Positions 13,857 through 30,327 of a stretch of 64,000 nucleotides of DNA are shown here, one piece after another. Each line of letters opens with the position of its first letter. Positions within the stretch are counted from its first letter, which is position 1. The position numbers and the translations under genes were made by a program. The notes below the pieces were generated by a model, which worked only from the letters and a program-made list of their open reading frames with translations, was not told where the DNA came from and made no database searches. The stretch is taken from assembly GCF_009914755.1 (NCBI RefSeq), contig NC_060927.1. The stretch is one strand, 5' to 3'. Source of the DNA: the human T2T-CHM13v2.0 reference genome, Homo sapiens.

Positions 13857-14232
13857 TGCCTCAGTCTGTTTGTGCAGCTCTAACAAAATGCTTGAGACTG
13901 GGTAACTTTAAAAGAACAGAAATTCATTTCTCACAGTTCTGGAGTCTGGGAAGTACAAGATCAAGGTGCTGGTATTGGTGTCTGGTGAGGGCTACTCCCT
14001 GCTTCCAGGATAACACCTTGTGGATGTGTTCTCCGCAGGGGACAGATACTGTGGCCTCAAATGGCAGACAGCAGAAGGACAAGTGACCACTTCTTTCAGC
14101 CTTGAGACCTTTTATAAGGGTGCTAAACCTATTCATGAAGACTGTCCCAAAAGCCATACCCCTTAGCAATTGCATTGGGGATTAAATTTCAACACAAATT
14201 TTGGAGAAGGCACCATCATTCAAACTATAGCA
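13857..14232 (-). mobile_element. MST/MLT1A-type MaLR solo LTR
   Basis: tg...gagactgggtaactttaaaagaacagaaattcatttctcacagttctggag...cattcaaactatagca. Confidence 0.75.
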
Positions 14233-15674
14233 GTAGCCATCTACACCTAAGGTGATGCCTTAATAATGATCTAATCCCAAAAGGGGAAATGCCCCAAATA
14301 TTTGTAGCAGGGAATTCGTTATACACATATTGAGGAGCTGATATCCAGAAAACCTTAATGTTCTTTAGAGTTTTGCAGCTGAGGTCATTATCTTTAGATC
14401 TTAGTCTAGAAAGAAACAGCGTTACTGGTACCCTGGGGGACTACTGGAATAGGCATACAGTGGGCTTGTCTGGTAATGGAAACCACAGAGAAGATGCAGC
14501 TTTGGCCAGAGAAATCTCCTAAGACTGAAAGTATGAGAACAACATCCTACATTTTGCCACCATCCCTTCAATTTTACACCAGTGTTTACCATTGATACAT
14601 CCCATAAAGACATCAAAAAACTGACACTAAGCAGAGATCTGGTGCCTTGCATTGAAGAGCAGAGGCAGGGGAAGGGATGAATATACAGACAGCCAGGGAG
14701 ATCTGGAATAATTTCCACTGGGGATCATTTGTTCTTATGATCTATCTGGTTCTTATAATCCTAACACCCGGTCTTTTTTTTGGACGAATACTTACCCCTT
14801 TGCTCAATTCTGACCCTCACTTCTAACTCCCGTTGCTATATAAATAAGTTGGGCAGACTATATGTTACAAAATGTATGAGCCCATGTGAAGCATAGTGAT
14901 TTATTAATGAAGATTGAGAATAATAGATATAAAAGAGGTACTCATATTTATTGCCAAATCAGTGTCAATAAATATTCTTGTTAGTGTCTAGTATCTTTTG
15001 TTATTCAGGTCCAAAAATTACCTTTTTTTTCTTTATTTTTTAAATGCAACATGCTTGGCTAATTTTAATTTTATATCTTCCATTGCAATAAAAAAGGAAG
15101 TGACTCTGCTACTTTTTATTGTGCCGTGACTCTTCAGAACTTTTCTATATTCAAATAATATAGAATTTCTTGCCTCTCCACTTCCCTAATACCACTTACA
15201 TAATTCTGGTTTTTCATTGTTACTCTTGTGTTGGATCATTCATCGTGGTGCCAATGACTTTCAGAGATTGTGACTGTGCTCTGCTGATGGTGATGACAAA
15301 TCAATTCTTATCTGGAGTACACAGGAAAATGTGGACAGTCATTCATTTTTTGATCATGTTAGATTAAAATTAAAAACACTTAAAATTATTTTATACCATT
15401 AATATTGTATACATCTCCAAAAAAGTCTTCTCTAATATACTTTAGGCCATAACCAATGCATTCCTAGATTGTGATCTTTTTGAAATTTTGACTGCATCCA
15501 TGTCTTTCACAACCACTATTAGAAGGGAGAAAAGGCAAGAATGTTTTTCCTTTGTCCAGCAGGACTTAAGACCAGCCTAGGAGAGGTTAAAAGTTACCAC
15601 ACTGACTGGAAGAGCTCATTAGTATTATGAAGCAATTGTCTCAAATATTCTCAGAGGAGATAGTCTTGGCCACT

Positions 15675-16078
15675 TATATTAATTTCCTAGGGCTGCCGTA
15701 ACAAGATACCACAAAGTAGGTGGCTTATACAAGAGAAAGTTATTGTCTTACAGATCTGAAGGCTAACATTGCTTCTTTCTGAGGACTGTAAGCCTGTCTT
15801 CTAGCTTCTGGTGGTTTGCTGGAAATCTTTGGTGTTCCTTGGTTTGTGACAATACAATTCCAATATTCACATAGTATTCTTCCTGTATATTTGTCTCTGT
15901 GTCCAAATTTATGCTTTATGCTTTTTATAAGGACATAGTCATGTTGGAATAGTGCCCAACCTAATAATTTCATCTTAACTTAATTTTCTGCAAAGTCCTT
16001 ATTCCCAAATAAGGTCACAATTACAAGTACTGGAGGTTAAGTCTTCAACATTTGAGGGACATAATTCAACCCATAACA
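15675..16078 (-). mobile_element. MLT1C-like MaLR solo LTR
   Basis: tttcctagggctgccgtaacaagataccacaaa...ttattcccaaataaggtcaca...ggacataattcaacccataaca. Confidence 0.75.
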
Positions 16079-17549
16079 CTATCCTTGGAAGACTGCCTGA
16101 TCTCAGGCACGGGGCTTGTGGAAGTGGTGGGGTAAGTGCTCTTGGTATGAATGATGCCAAACACATAGGGTAAAAAAGCCTATGACAATCCCCACTGTCT
16201 TTGGGATTTGAGGCAACATGGTTGGAATTGGATAGGAGAGAGCCGCATAAGCCCACATACGAGGTTTGAGCCCAGGGGTTGGTAATGGGCTGATGGAGGG
16301 CATGAGTTTTGAGCTAATCCTCTGTCTGATGTATGACTTACCCCAAATCATAGCATTAGCACCATTTGCGCAGCCTAATAGTACTTGATCCTATGAGAAA
16401 ATGCTATTTCTCCTGGATTTTTTTTTTTTAGTATGGAAGTACTTTTCCATTTTTAGTTTTTTATTTTTATGTCTTAGTGATTATTTTCATCAAAATATCT
16501 GTGGTGATAGACACCAGCTTATGTAGAAGGAAGGAGCAATACATCTATATTCTCTCATTAGAAAATTAATAAGTAAAAAGTGTACCTATATACATGTTAT
16601 TAATGATATGATGTACAGTCTAGTGACACATAAATACAAAATGAGTTCTTAGTGTTACTACGTATTGAAATCTCTGACAGAAAGCAGAAATTTCTTTTAA
16701 AAGTTCAATCAAGTAATCATGAGAAAGGAAAAATAATTCAGTTAACATCTAAGTTAGTAAATAAGGTGGTCATTTTTCTTTTTTCAATGTCTAGTATAGG
16801 CCTCTCAAAAATAGTCTTTAAGGGTACACAACTTGACACCTTGGTCCCTAATCAAATGAGGGATGCATATGACAAAGGAAAACAGCTGTGTAGAAGTATT
16901 AATGTCAATGATGTTAAAAATTCCTCTTTGAAGGAAACAAATAGAGAAGTACTTTAAAACTCTCATCTCTGACTTGAAGCGCAAATTGAAATATATTTTT
17001 AAAAACTTACTCTCAGAAGATAGGTTTTTCATTAGGAAGAAGATTGCTGAAACAATGTTCCAATCTCAAAGTATGTGAAATTTCAAATTCTAAGGAGAAT
17101 ACATGTACAATAAAGCAATTATCTACTAGTAGTAGCTTTGAGGAGGAAAAAGGGCTTTTTTCTTTTAATGAAGAATTATTATTTCACTAAATGTATCATA
17201 GTTTGGCTAAATTCAGTTTTTAATTCAGTGATAATTTAGCTTTAAAAATGTGGGCCTTATCATAGTTTAGAGGAGAAAAAGGATGGATGAAATATCTATC
17301 AACAACTTTTTGCTATCTTATGACTCCATGATACATTTACATCATGGGACCAGAGCCTGGTTCTCAGTATTTTAAAATCTGGATATTGATTGTATCAATC
17401 TAACTAGGGATATTCATGTGCTAGTATATTCATCCAAATAACAATAGATTAATTTAAAAGTTAGAAAGCAATTTAGAACTTTGCATGGAGGCATTCAAGT
17501 GTTTAACCATAATCGCCGTTTATATTATAACTCAAAATTTCACTGTTTT

Positions 17550-18290
17550 TTCCTGTATTCTACAGAATAAAGTCTAATATATTTTTCTTGGCATGTAATT
17601 CATGCTGACTTTATTCCAAATATTTTTCTACTTTTACTTGCTGTTACTTCCTTCCATTCCTGCTACATTCCAACAATAGTTCCAGCTTTACCTTTTCCTG
17701 CTTTTATGCATTAGCTACATTGTACCCTCCAATTAGAGTGCTATTCCTTCTTTCTAGAGCTGTTCAAATCTTTTCAAAGTCAACTTGTTTTCTCCATGGA
17801 AGCTTTTTCTGCTCCACTTTCTGCTTCCAAATGCCAATTGCAGAATTATTGTGTATTTTCCATAACCTTTCACTTAATACTATATGTAAGTTTTCTTAGA
17901 TTTTATTTCTCTTATGATTACACTCTTGGAGGGCAGTCAGTAATATATCAACACATACCTATTACTGCTTTCTACATAGCTTTATGCAAAATGTCTTTCA
18001 CTTAGTATTTTCTCAATAAAATAATAATTTAACTAAATGTGCTCAAATTTTAAAAAAAGAAGTTAAATATTTATACTAATTCATCAGTTTTCAAATCTAT
18101 GAAAATATTTGACTGGAGAAATTTGGAAGATTAATAAAATCTGGTACTTTGATCGCTGTACAACAGAAAGAAAAATACTTGCCAAGCAAATACAAACATT
18201 TGCCTTCCTTATTCTCTAAGTATCAGCCTGGTATTGCATAATACTTGGCCTATAAGTAGGTGCTCAATAAATGTTGCATGAATGAATGCC
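17550..18290 (+). mobile_element. L2 remnants including the 3' end
   Basis: L2 terminal motif gtaggtgctcaataaatgttgcatgaatgaatg at ~18257-18289, with a degenerate L2 body upstream. Confidence 0.5.
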
Positions 18291-19231
18291 AGTGTCAAAT
18301 TCTGGCCCTTTGGCTCTTCTTTTCTCCCTCACCAGAATTCAAGCATGCCTTTGCCTTCTTCTGACATTACATAAAAGAACTAACAATTAATTAGGTCAGT
18401 GTATCTTATATTGGCTTTATTTTAGTCTCTTTAATGAGATTTGAGAAGCACCCTTGTGTAATCATTTTCACATTTAGAAACCATCTGCTAGAATGGGTCA
18501 TTTCTGCAGATGGCTAATCTCATTAATGTATGTTGAATCTTTCCAACTTCAATATCAGAGTGAAATTTTCCGACTAGTTCCCAATCTTTAGAGGAACACT
18601 TTATTTGGAGTCTTCAGACTTCTATGATCTGGAGAAATAAGTAAATGTACTCTCATTTGTATGCAAATTTCCTTTACAATGAGAATGATTTGCATTATGT
18701 GAAGAACAAGTCAAATGGACCCTACATTTATACAGCTTATTGTTACTCTCCACGGAGAGCCAGCAAGGCATTTAGAAGGTGGTAATTTGAGCCTTAATTA
18801 GTATTGATTCAAATGGATACTCATGACAACTGTGTTCCTCTAGAAATGACATACAATGAATTCTACTGAATTCTTACCTACCTTCATTCAATCCTAAACA
18901 TTGGTGATAGTAGAGTTTGGACCCTACATAGAAGCGTGTCCACAATTATCTGTTAAGAACAATATTTGGCATGCACCATTTCAGCTACTTTGTCTTTCTA
19001 TACTGGCTCAATAATAACGTCATTGAAAAGAATCCTAAATTATATATTTTGCATAAAAAAATTGCAGTGAACACTTGCACATATGGACTATATAAACCAG
19101 AACATTCAAGGATTTTAGAGAATGAAGGAATAACCCCAATTTATCTGAACATGATACTATAAAAAACACATTTCTCTCATAAAAGTGGAAAATTACTGTC
19201 ATAAAAGTCAATAACACTCAGGAGAGAGATC

Positions 19232-19360
19232 AAATGTTAGAACTGCAGGAACCTTCGAGACCTTAATCACTTCACTTTTCAATGAGGAAATAAATATCAA
19301 AAGCTATTGTGACCTATACATGATCAAACAGCTAATTCATTAGATAAATTAGTCCTGGCA
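19232..19360 (-). mobile_element. MIR remnant
   Basis: aatgttagaactgcaggaaccttcgaga...cacttttcaatgaggaaa core. Confidence 0.45.
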
Positions 19361-20209
19361 AGATTCTCTTAAATGTGTTTTTATTCAAAATTTCACCACT
19401 TAATATTAACTCTTTTTGTTTTCTGAATGTTTGGATGGCTGAGAGCCTAGTCTTCCATGAACACATGAAGTTGTCATGGAGAAGAATAGGAATCATAATC
19501 TAGAAATAAATTTCATATCAGAGTGTTTCTTGCTCTGATGTCACTGATATTTTGTAACTAACTATTCAGCAATACTTCTAACTATTCTGTGTGGTGAATG
19601 ATGTTCCCTTTCCAAAGTCAAATGGATAGAGAATGAGAAAAGTATTAGCAAAATGAGATGATTCTTGTATTGTTTTGTGCGATTCATCAATGTACAGAAG
19701 AGACAGATAACCCGATTCCAGTTTTAGATCTGTCTACATGGAACATTGCCAGTATTGCAGCAAATGACAAAGGACAATGGTGGAATTACATGCTGGCTCT
19801 TGAAAGTTCTCTTTCAAAAAGTTACGTGTTATCCCGCTTATATTTCCTTGGCTAAAGCAAACCACAGAGGCAACCCTGATTTCAATGAGATAGGCAAGTA
19901 AAATCTCCCCTACAGAAAGAAAAACTGCAAGTCACGTGACCAGGCTTTATGAATGGGGCGAGGGATCAAACCCTACCACAGGGATTAGCAGCAAATATTT
20001 AAAAACAATTATAGAATCAATTTCAGGATGTAGAATTACTATATATGAAAAAGTTATCTATGAATAGTAGGTAATAAAGGTTAAAACCAGGAATTGCTTT
20101 CTGTAACTTTCCTAATTAATTACACAGACAACAGTTAATGTTCTAAATATTGCTATCTGATACTTGAAGCTAATTCTTTGATATCTTTAAAAAAATTCTA
20201 ATCGAAAAA

Positions 20210-20357
20210 TGGTGGAAGGAAAGAAGGCAGGAATGAAGGGTAAAAGGAAGTAAGGCAGAAAGAAAGAAGGAGGGAAGGAAAGAAAGAAGGAATGAGGGAA
20301 GAAAAGAAGGAAGGAGAGAAGATAGAGAAAGGCAGGAAAAGCAAAGAAGAGAAGGAA
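20210..20357 (+). repeat. GA-rich low-complexity tract
   Basis: Directly visible GGAA/GAAA-rich sequence. Confidence 0.85.
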
Positions 20358-20483
20358 CATTTTTGTATGTATTCTTCTTTCTCCAGGACCAAAGTGTTTA
20401 CTTAGATGTGAAACTTTCACTGCTAAAACCAGGAAAGTCTGGGTAAACTGGGATGGATAGTCACTATACTCGCACACAGCCTT

Positions 20484-21016
20484 GATGAAGAAACAGTGTA
20501 TACACAGCAACAGCACCAAGGAGGAGAAAATACAAATTCGCCTGCTACTGTTACATGTGTGGTGAAAGAAGACATAATATTCTTGAATGAGAGACAAAAG
20601 ACTCTGTTACTTAGAGCAATGGAAGTAGAGCATTGACATCTTCTGTGCTTGTTCCCCCAGGCCCAGTCCCAACAGGGTGATGTGAAAGAATGTAAAGGTG
20701 CGCCTGCACACACAGTGAGTTGTTACACTAAAGGATCTCTGGGATTAGGGAACCAGGATCTTTTAAGTAGGCTGTAAGCTTGCCTGAATTTTGCTCCAGA
20801 GGGAAACATTGTCTTTATTATACTGGAGGAACCTTTATTACACTGAACAGGAAGTGGGCCTGTCATTGTCTTTGGTTGGAGACATTTTTGTTTATTTCCA
20901 GGCTTTTCACTATAGAAACATCTGTGAAAATATAATCCAGAATAAAAATAGTCATTATCTCAATTGACAAGACATGCAGAATTGGGCTAGACCCATGGAG
21001 AATTATCTCCCAACAA
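20484..21016 (-). mobile_element. ERVL-type solo LTR (LTR40/LTR41-like)
   Basis: Reverse complement starts tgttgggagataattctccatgggtct...ttctgcatgtcttg, matching my recollection of this LTR family. The family name is tentative. Confidence 0.55.
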
Positions 21017-21678
21017 TTTTTATTTCTAAAACTGTTATGAGATGCATTTTAGCATTTGAATGGGATACTGGGAAGGAAAAGTTGATATTCTCTCTGCTAT
21101 AACCTAATTATTTTACACATATATTTTGCAAAACTTGTGCATAAAGAACAGCTATACTGGGAGTTAGGACAGGGTTCTAAAAAAGTGAAATTGCCTTTAG
21201 TCATATATAAATAACTAATATGAATATGTTAGAAGAGAGTGTTTGATTGAGGAGAGAAAGAGTTTTTAAAAGGCCAGATAGGAAGCATTGTTTACAGATC
21301 ATTGTCCATTTTATTTGAGATTCACAACATCAGGAGTAGTTGGAGGACAGCAATGCTTCCAGTGTTTTCTACATATTACTTGTAACATGATAGCACATCC
21401 TGTGACTGTAGGTGGGCTTCCTATTTTCTTTGTTTCAGAGGTACTTCCAGAAATTGGGCCACACATTGGGCCAAACAATGTGTGGCCCAAGAGAGTGTAG
21501 ACTTGACATGCTCTTTCCTGTCATGTGCCTTCTTCACCACTCAGCCTTCTTTGGCTGTTCAACCTGCCTAAGAATGTATCTGCAGCTACTCAAAAAATCC
21601 CACTTAGCCTTGTAATAAATTGCAACATTGCTGAACACTAATGAATTCCCACTATCATCAGACACAACATATAATAAG

Positions 21679-21856
21679 GCAGTGGTCCTCAATCAGGGGG
21701 ATTTTTCACCCTTCCATGGGATATTTGATAATATCTGGGTACCTCGTGGGTAGAGGTAAGAAATACTGAAAAACACATGGCAGTCCATGGTACAGCTTCC
21801 CACAATAAAGAACTATCTAGCCAAAATGTCAATAGTACCAATGTTGAGAAATACTC
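21679..21856. mobile_element. MER20 (hAT-Charlie MITE)
   Basis: cagtggtcctcaatcagggggattttt...cccacaataaagaactatctagccaaaatgtcaatagtaccaatgttgagaaa. Confidence 0.75.
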
Positions 21857-21947
21857 CTATAAAGCTCTGTATACATTTAGCCACTTTAAATTCAGTATTA
21901 GCAAGTATTTATTATAACTCTAACAGATGTATGTGAATAAATATTCC

Positions 21948-22364
21948 TGATGAAAGAAAAACTTTAGCCAGATTAAATTTAAAGGAGTTTAATTGAGCAA
22001 TGAACAATTCACGAACAATTCAGCCCCCAAAATCACAGCAGATTCACAGAGACTTCAGTGCAGCCACAGGGTGGAAGAAAGTTTATAGACAAAAAAAAAG
22101 GAAATGATGTACAGAAATTGGAAGTGAGGTACAGAACGACTGGTTTGGTTACAGGTTAGTGTTTGCCTTATTTGAACACAGTTTGAACACTCAGCAGTGT
22201 ATGAATGGTTGATGTATGGTGACTGTGATTGGCCAAGATTCAGCTATTGCTACAGGCACTTGTTTTAATCTTGTCTACCTCTTAAGCTGGGTTGCATTTT
22301 GTCCACAAGGACTCAAATATAGAAGTATGGAGTCCTTCTCAGGCCATATTTCATTACTTTAACA
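21948..22364 (-). mobile_element. 3' LTR of provirus (MER57A-like)
   Basis: tgatgaaagaaaaactttagcc...ggccatatttcattactttaaca. Direct repeat of 34382-34806. Confidence 0.9.
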
Positions 22365-22378
22365 ATTCTCCCCTTTTG
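22365..22378 (-). other. Polypurine tract (PPT) of provirus
   Basis: Minus strand caaaaggggagaat directly precedes the TG of the 3' LTR. Confidence 0.85.
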
Positions 22379-22585
22379 GTCATTTTCTTAATTTTGAGAG
22401 ATTGACCAAAATTTTAGTTATTAATATCACTATTACCATTGTTAATGTACTTATTTGGTCTTGAAACCCACTGGGAAACAGTAGAACAGTGAGTTTTGCA
22501 AAGGTAAGAACAAGAACTGAGTAGAGGGTACCTCTTTATGCTGGAACATACTGTTTACAGGAGAAAAACAAAACCTAGTCTATTC

Positions 22586-22755
22586 TAAGATCTATGTGTT
22601 TCCTTAAAGTCTTAGTTTGATTATGTTTTAAGATCTATGTGTTTCCTTAAAGTCTTAGTTTGATTATATTTTAAGATCTATGTGTTTCCTTAAAGTCTTA
22701 GTTTGATTATATTTTAAGATCTGTATGTTTCCTTAAAGTCTTAGTATGATTATTT
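22586..22755. repeat. 43-bp tandem repeat, about 4 copies
   Basis: Unit taagatctatgtgtttccttaaagtcttagtttgattat(g/a)ttt starts at 22586, 22629, 22672 and 22715. Confidence 0.95.
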
Positions 22756-23334
22756 AGCAGGATTGACTCCATTTTAGTTTGGTTTGGCCTGTTGGGGCCT
22801 AGTGTGTGAGCTCAGTCCAAAACAATGGCCTTCCGTAATTTTGTTAAAAAAAAAAAATCCCCCCTTTTGTTCAGCTTCTCACTTAGGTGAGCATCTGACC
22901 AAAACTAGGGCCTTAGCTCCACTCTCTGTCACCATCGTTTTGGGTTTCCTGTCTCAGCACATCATTCATAGGTTACAGTATCTTCATAGTCACACATTTC
23001 TTTCATCTCTTGTTATTCCAGTTGAACAGAGACCATTTGTTGTTCTAGAGATGCCTGCATGCAAACATTTAAAACTTTTGAGAGAATACAGTGCACCAGG
23101 AAGACTATTATTATGACTATTGGGAGGATAATACCAAGAGTTTGGAGTATGCTCCTTACCCAGTGTCCCCATAAACCAAACCACCGAAAATTAAATAAAG
23201 AATGAGCTAAAGAATCTACTCACTTGACTAAGTGGTCTTTTTATTAATGCCCTACAACTGAATTTCTATAATCTACATTTGATAAATTTCTTCATAGGCC
23301 ATAAGTACCAGAAGCTACACAAGTACTTTTCTGT

Positions 23335-23716
23335 TTAGCCAATTATGTTATTTAGAATAACTTTCACAAAAGAACTTAAAGCCTGTTGTTTAATGATAGC
23401 CTTTACAGTAGAATCTGCTATACAGCCTATCAAAAGGGATACATTTCTAATTATTGCCTCTTTTATTCTAAACCATGGAAAAAGGACCTAACAAATGATG
23501 TCCTTGAAGAAGAGTGAACATCTCCTGGCAACGTTCTCTTTAATCTATGATGTAGGTTAATAGGAGTTTTGACGGATTATGAGGCAATGTATGTACCACT
23601 AAAATTTCTCACCTACATTGGGGCTTCATCTTTTATCTATCAAAGTATAAATATATTTATGTATAAGTCTGGATGCAAAATTCTTCACAAATAAAACTAT
23701 ACCCTATAAGTGCACA
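23335..23716 (-). pseudogene. Decayed retroviral env (SU/TM junction)
   Basis: Manual translation gives CALIGYSFICEEFC, then HHRLKR/TLPG (furin site at 23535-23546), then after a frameshift IIRNVSLLIGCIADSTVKAIIKQQALSSFVKVILNN (heptad plus degenerate immunosuppressive domain). Contains stops and frameshifts. Confidence 0.7.
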
Positions 23717-24175
23717 TAATAGGCCCCCTTTTCATTTCCATTGTTCATAGAGGCATAAACAGGGAAAAAATATGCAAAGATAAGAGTCTCATGATAGTAG
23801 AAGTCTTGATTCGTGATCTTGGGAAAATCTGTTCACATCAAGGATGCCATCTTCTTCTGGAAAGAAACTTTCCTGGTTAGTTTTACCTTAAGGGTTTCAA
23901 TGGGTGTACAGTTCCAAGAGTGTCGGGGTACCCTTCTCAGTTGTGAGATTATAAACCCAAGGTTCAAGCTTCCAGTTTTGTTGCAGTGTGGACGGCAAGG
24001 TCAATCTTTCTCTGATGTTCTCAGAAGATCCAATCTTCAGTTTCTAGACTATGAAGAGGTTGATTGTCCTCAGTGAACTATAAAAAACTTTCTATACCTG
24101 GTGAAAATATACTGTGGCATAATAATTAACTGCTATAACATAAAACATGCTTTAAAAGTGACAAGAAATCCCTTT

Positions 24176-24412
24176 CTAAGTGTTTAAATGACCCATCAGG
24201 TAGCCAAATGTACCTGAAGGTTTTATTGTCTTCCCAGGAGTATGGAAGCAAACATTGGTTTTAAACTGTTTTTGCAACGTATAAGTCACCACATCAATAT
24301 ATTCAATTTGTATTATTTTATCATTTCCATGATGAGTCATGGAATGAAGAACCTTTAATAACAAAAGCTTTAAGGACTCAGGAAGGACAGGGCAGTTGTC
24401 CTGGTTCTCCAT
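24176..24412 (-). pseudogene. Decayed retroviral pol, integrase N-terminal (HHCC) fragment
   Basis: ORF contains VLPESLKLLLLKVLHSMTHHGNDK, which fits the integrase LHxxTHxG motif. It lies upstream of env in provirus orientation. Confidence 0.6.
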
Positions 24413-25433
24413 GAGTCCATGCTTAACACTGGACTTATGTCCTCTTGAATACCAGTTGTTTTTCCGGTTTAGGGACTGATAACTAATGGGTTATCATGGG
24501 TAATTTGACTTAGACCGTAGAGTTCAAATTGTATATCTAACAATTTCAGTATATGCTAGTTTAACATAAAAATCTGTCAAGGTGTTTTCTTGGTATTTAA
24601 TTAGTGTTTTTGTTCTACTTGAGTTAACAGTTTTTTACAAGGAAATTTGGTTATTTCTGTGGTGTAAATAACATAATAACCATAATTATGATTGATAGCA
24701 TATACTCAGGCATATTAGAATTTTAGAAATCCCATACAATTTTGGAACATATATTAATATCATTCACTAAAATATAACCTAAAGATTAAACATTATTTTT
24801 ATTTTGACAATGGTTCCCATGTAACTTAACATGTTAAATAATTCTGTTTACCTCTCTTTAGGATGATTCAGGGGCACTCTGTAGCATTCCAAAGTTAGAG
24901 TTCTGAAAAGACCATTTTGAAGCTGAAATTTGATTTTAGGGAGCCTTTTAAATATGTTAAAAGTTTAAAACACTTGATATTATTAACTAGAATTCTAGGT
25001 CACCATAAGTCATTAGACTCAAACATTTTTAAAAAGGCAAAAACCTTTACTCATTGCTTGAGGAAAGACTTAGCTTTTCAAAAAATCTGCCTTTTGTCTT
25101 TTCCCTCTTTTTTTTTATGTATTTAAAAACAAAATAAAAATCTTTTGTTATCTTTTAATATTACATGAAAATCTTATTCAAGAGAGAAAGCAAAATTTCA
25201 CCTTTGCATTAGTAGACTTTTTTATTATTATTATACTGTAAGTTCTAGGGTACATGTGCACAACGTGCAGGTTTGTTACATATGTATACATGTGCCGTGT
25301 TGGTATGCTGCACCCATTAACTCGTCATTTACATTAGGTATATCTCCTAATGCTATCCCGCCCCCCTCCCCCCACCCCACAACAGACCCCAGTGTGTGAT
25401 GTCCCCCTTCCTGTGTCCAAGTGTTCTCATTGT

Positions 25434-29248
<3,815 letters not shown>

Positions 29249-29311
29249 CATGATGTTAGCTGGTTATTTTGCTCGTTAGTTGATGCAGTTTCTTCCTAGC
29301 ATCGATGGTCT

Positions 29312-30327
29312 TTACAATTTGGCATGTTTTTGCAATGGCTGATACCGGTTGTTCCTTCCCATGTTTAGTGCTTCCTTCAGGAGCTCTTGCAGGGCGTGCC
29401 TGGTGGTGACAAATCTCTCAGCATTTGCTTCTCTGTAAAGGATTTTATTTCTCCTTCACTTATGAAGCTTAGTTTGGCTGGATAGGAAATTCTGGGTTGA
29501 AAATTCTTCTCTTCAAGAATGTTGGATATTGCCCCCACTCTCTTCTGGCTTGTAGAGTTTCTGCCGAGAGATCCGCTGTTAGTCTGATGGGCTTTCCTTT
29601 TGTGGGTAAGCTGACCTTTCTCTCTGGCTGTCCTTAACATTTTTTCCTTCATTTCAACTTTGGTGAATCTGACAATTATGTGTCTTGGAGTTGCTCTTCT
29701 CGAGGAGTATCTTTATGGTGTTCTCTGTATTTCCTGAATTGAATGTTGGCCTGCCTTGCCAGGTTGGGGAAGTTCTCCTGGATAATATCTTGCAGAGTGT
29801 TTTCCAATTTGGTTCCAATCTCTCCATGACTTTCAGGTACACCAATCAGACATAGATTTGGTCTTTTCACATAGTCCCATATTTCTTGGAGGCTTTGTTC
29901 ATTTCTTTTTATTCTTTTTTCTCTAAACTTCTCGTCTAGCTTCATTTCATTCATTTGATCTTCTATCACTGATACCCTTTCTTCCGGTTGATCGAATCAG
30001 CTTCTGAAGCTTGTGCATTCATCACGTAGTTCCCGTGCCATGGTTTTCAGCTCCATCAGGTCCTTTAAGGACTTCTCTGCATTGGTTATTCTAGTTAGCC
30101 ATTCGTCTAATCTTTTCTCAAGGTGTTTAACTTCTTTGAATTAGGTTCGAACTTCCTCCTTTAGCTTGGGGAAGTTTGATCATCTGTAGCCTTCTTCTCT
30201 CAAGTCGTCAAAGTCATTCTCCGTCCAGCTTTTTTCCATTGCTGGTGAGGAGCGGCATTCCTTTGGAGGAGGAGAGGTACTCTGATTTTTAGAGTTTCCA
30301 GTTTTTCTGCTCTGTTTTTTTCCCCAT
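29312..30327 (-). pseudogene. L1 ORF1, disrupted
   Basis: ATG at 30327 is followed by GGG and 7 A (a +1 frameshift). Fragments include SLQEIWDYVKRPNL and NFQPRISYPAKLSF. Stop at 29312. Confidence 0.9.

Noticed and set aside
22586-22755. Regular 43-bp repeats resembling a CRISPR array
   Set aside because: Units are directly adjacent with no unique spacers, there are no cas genes, and the DNA is human.
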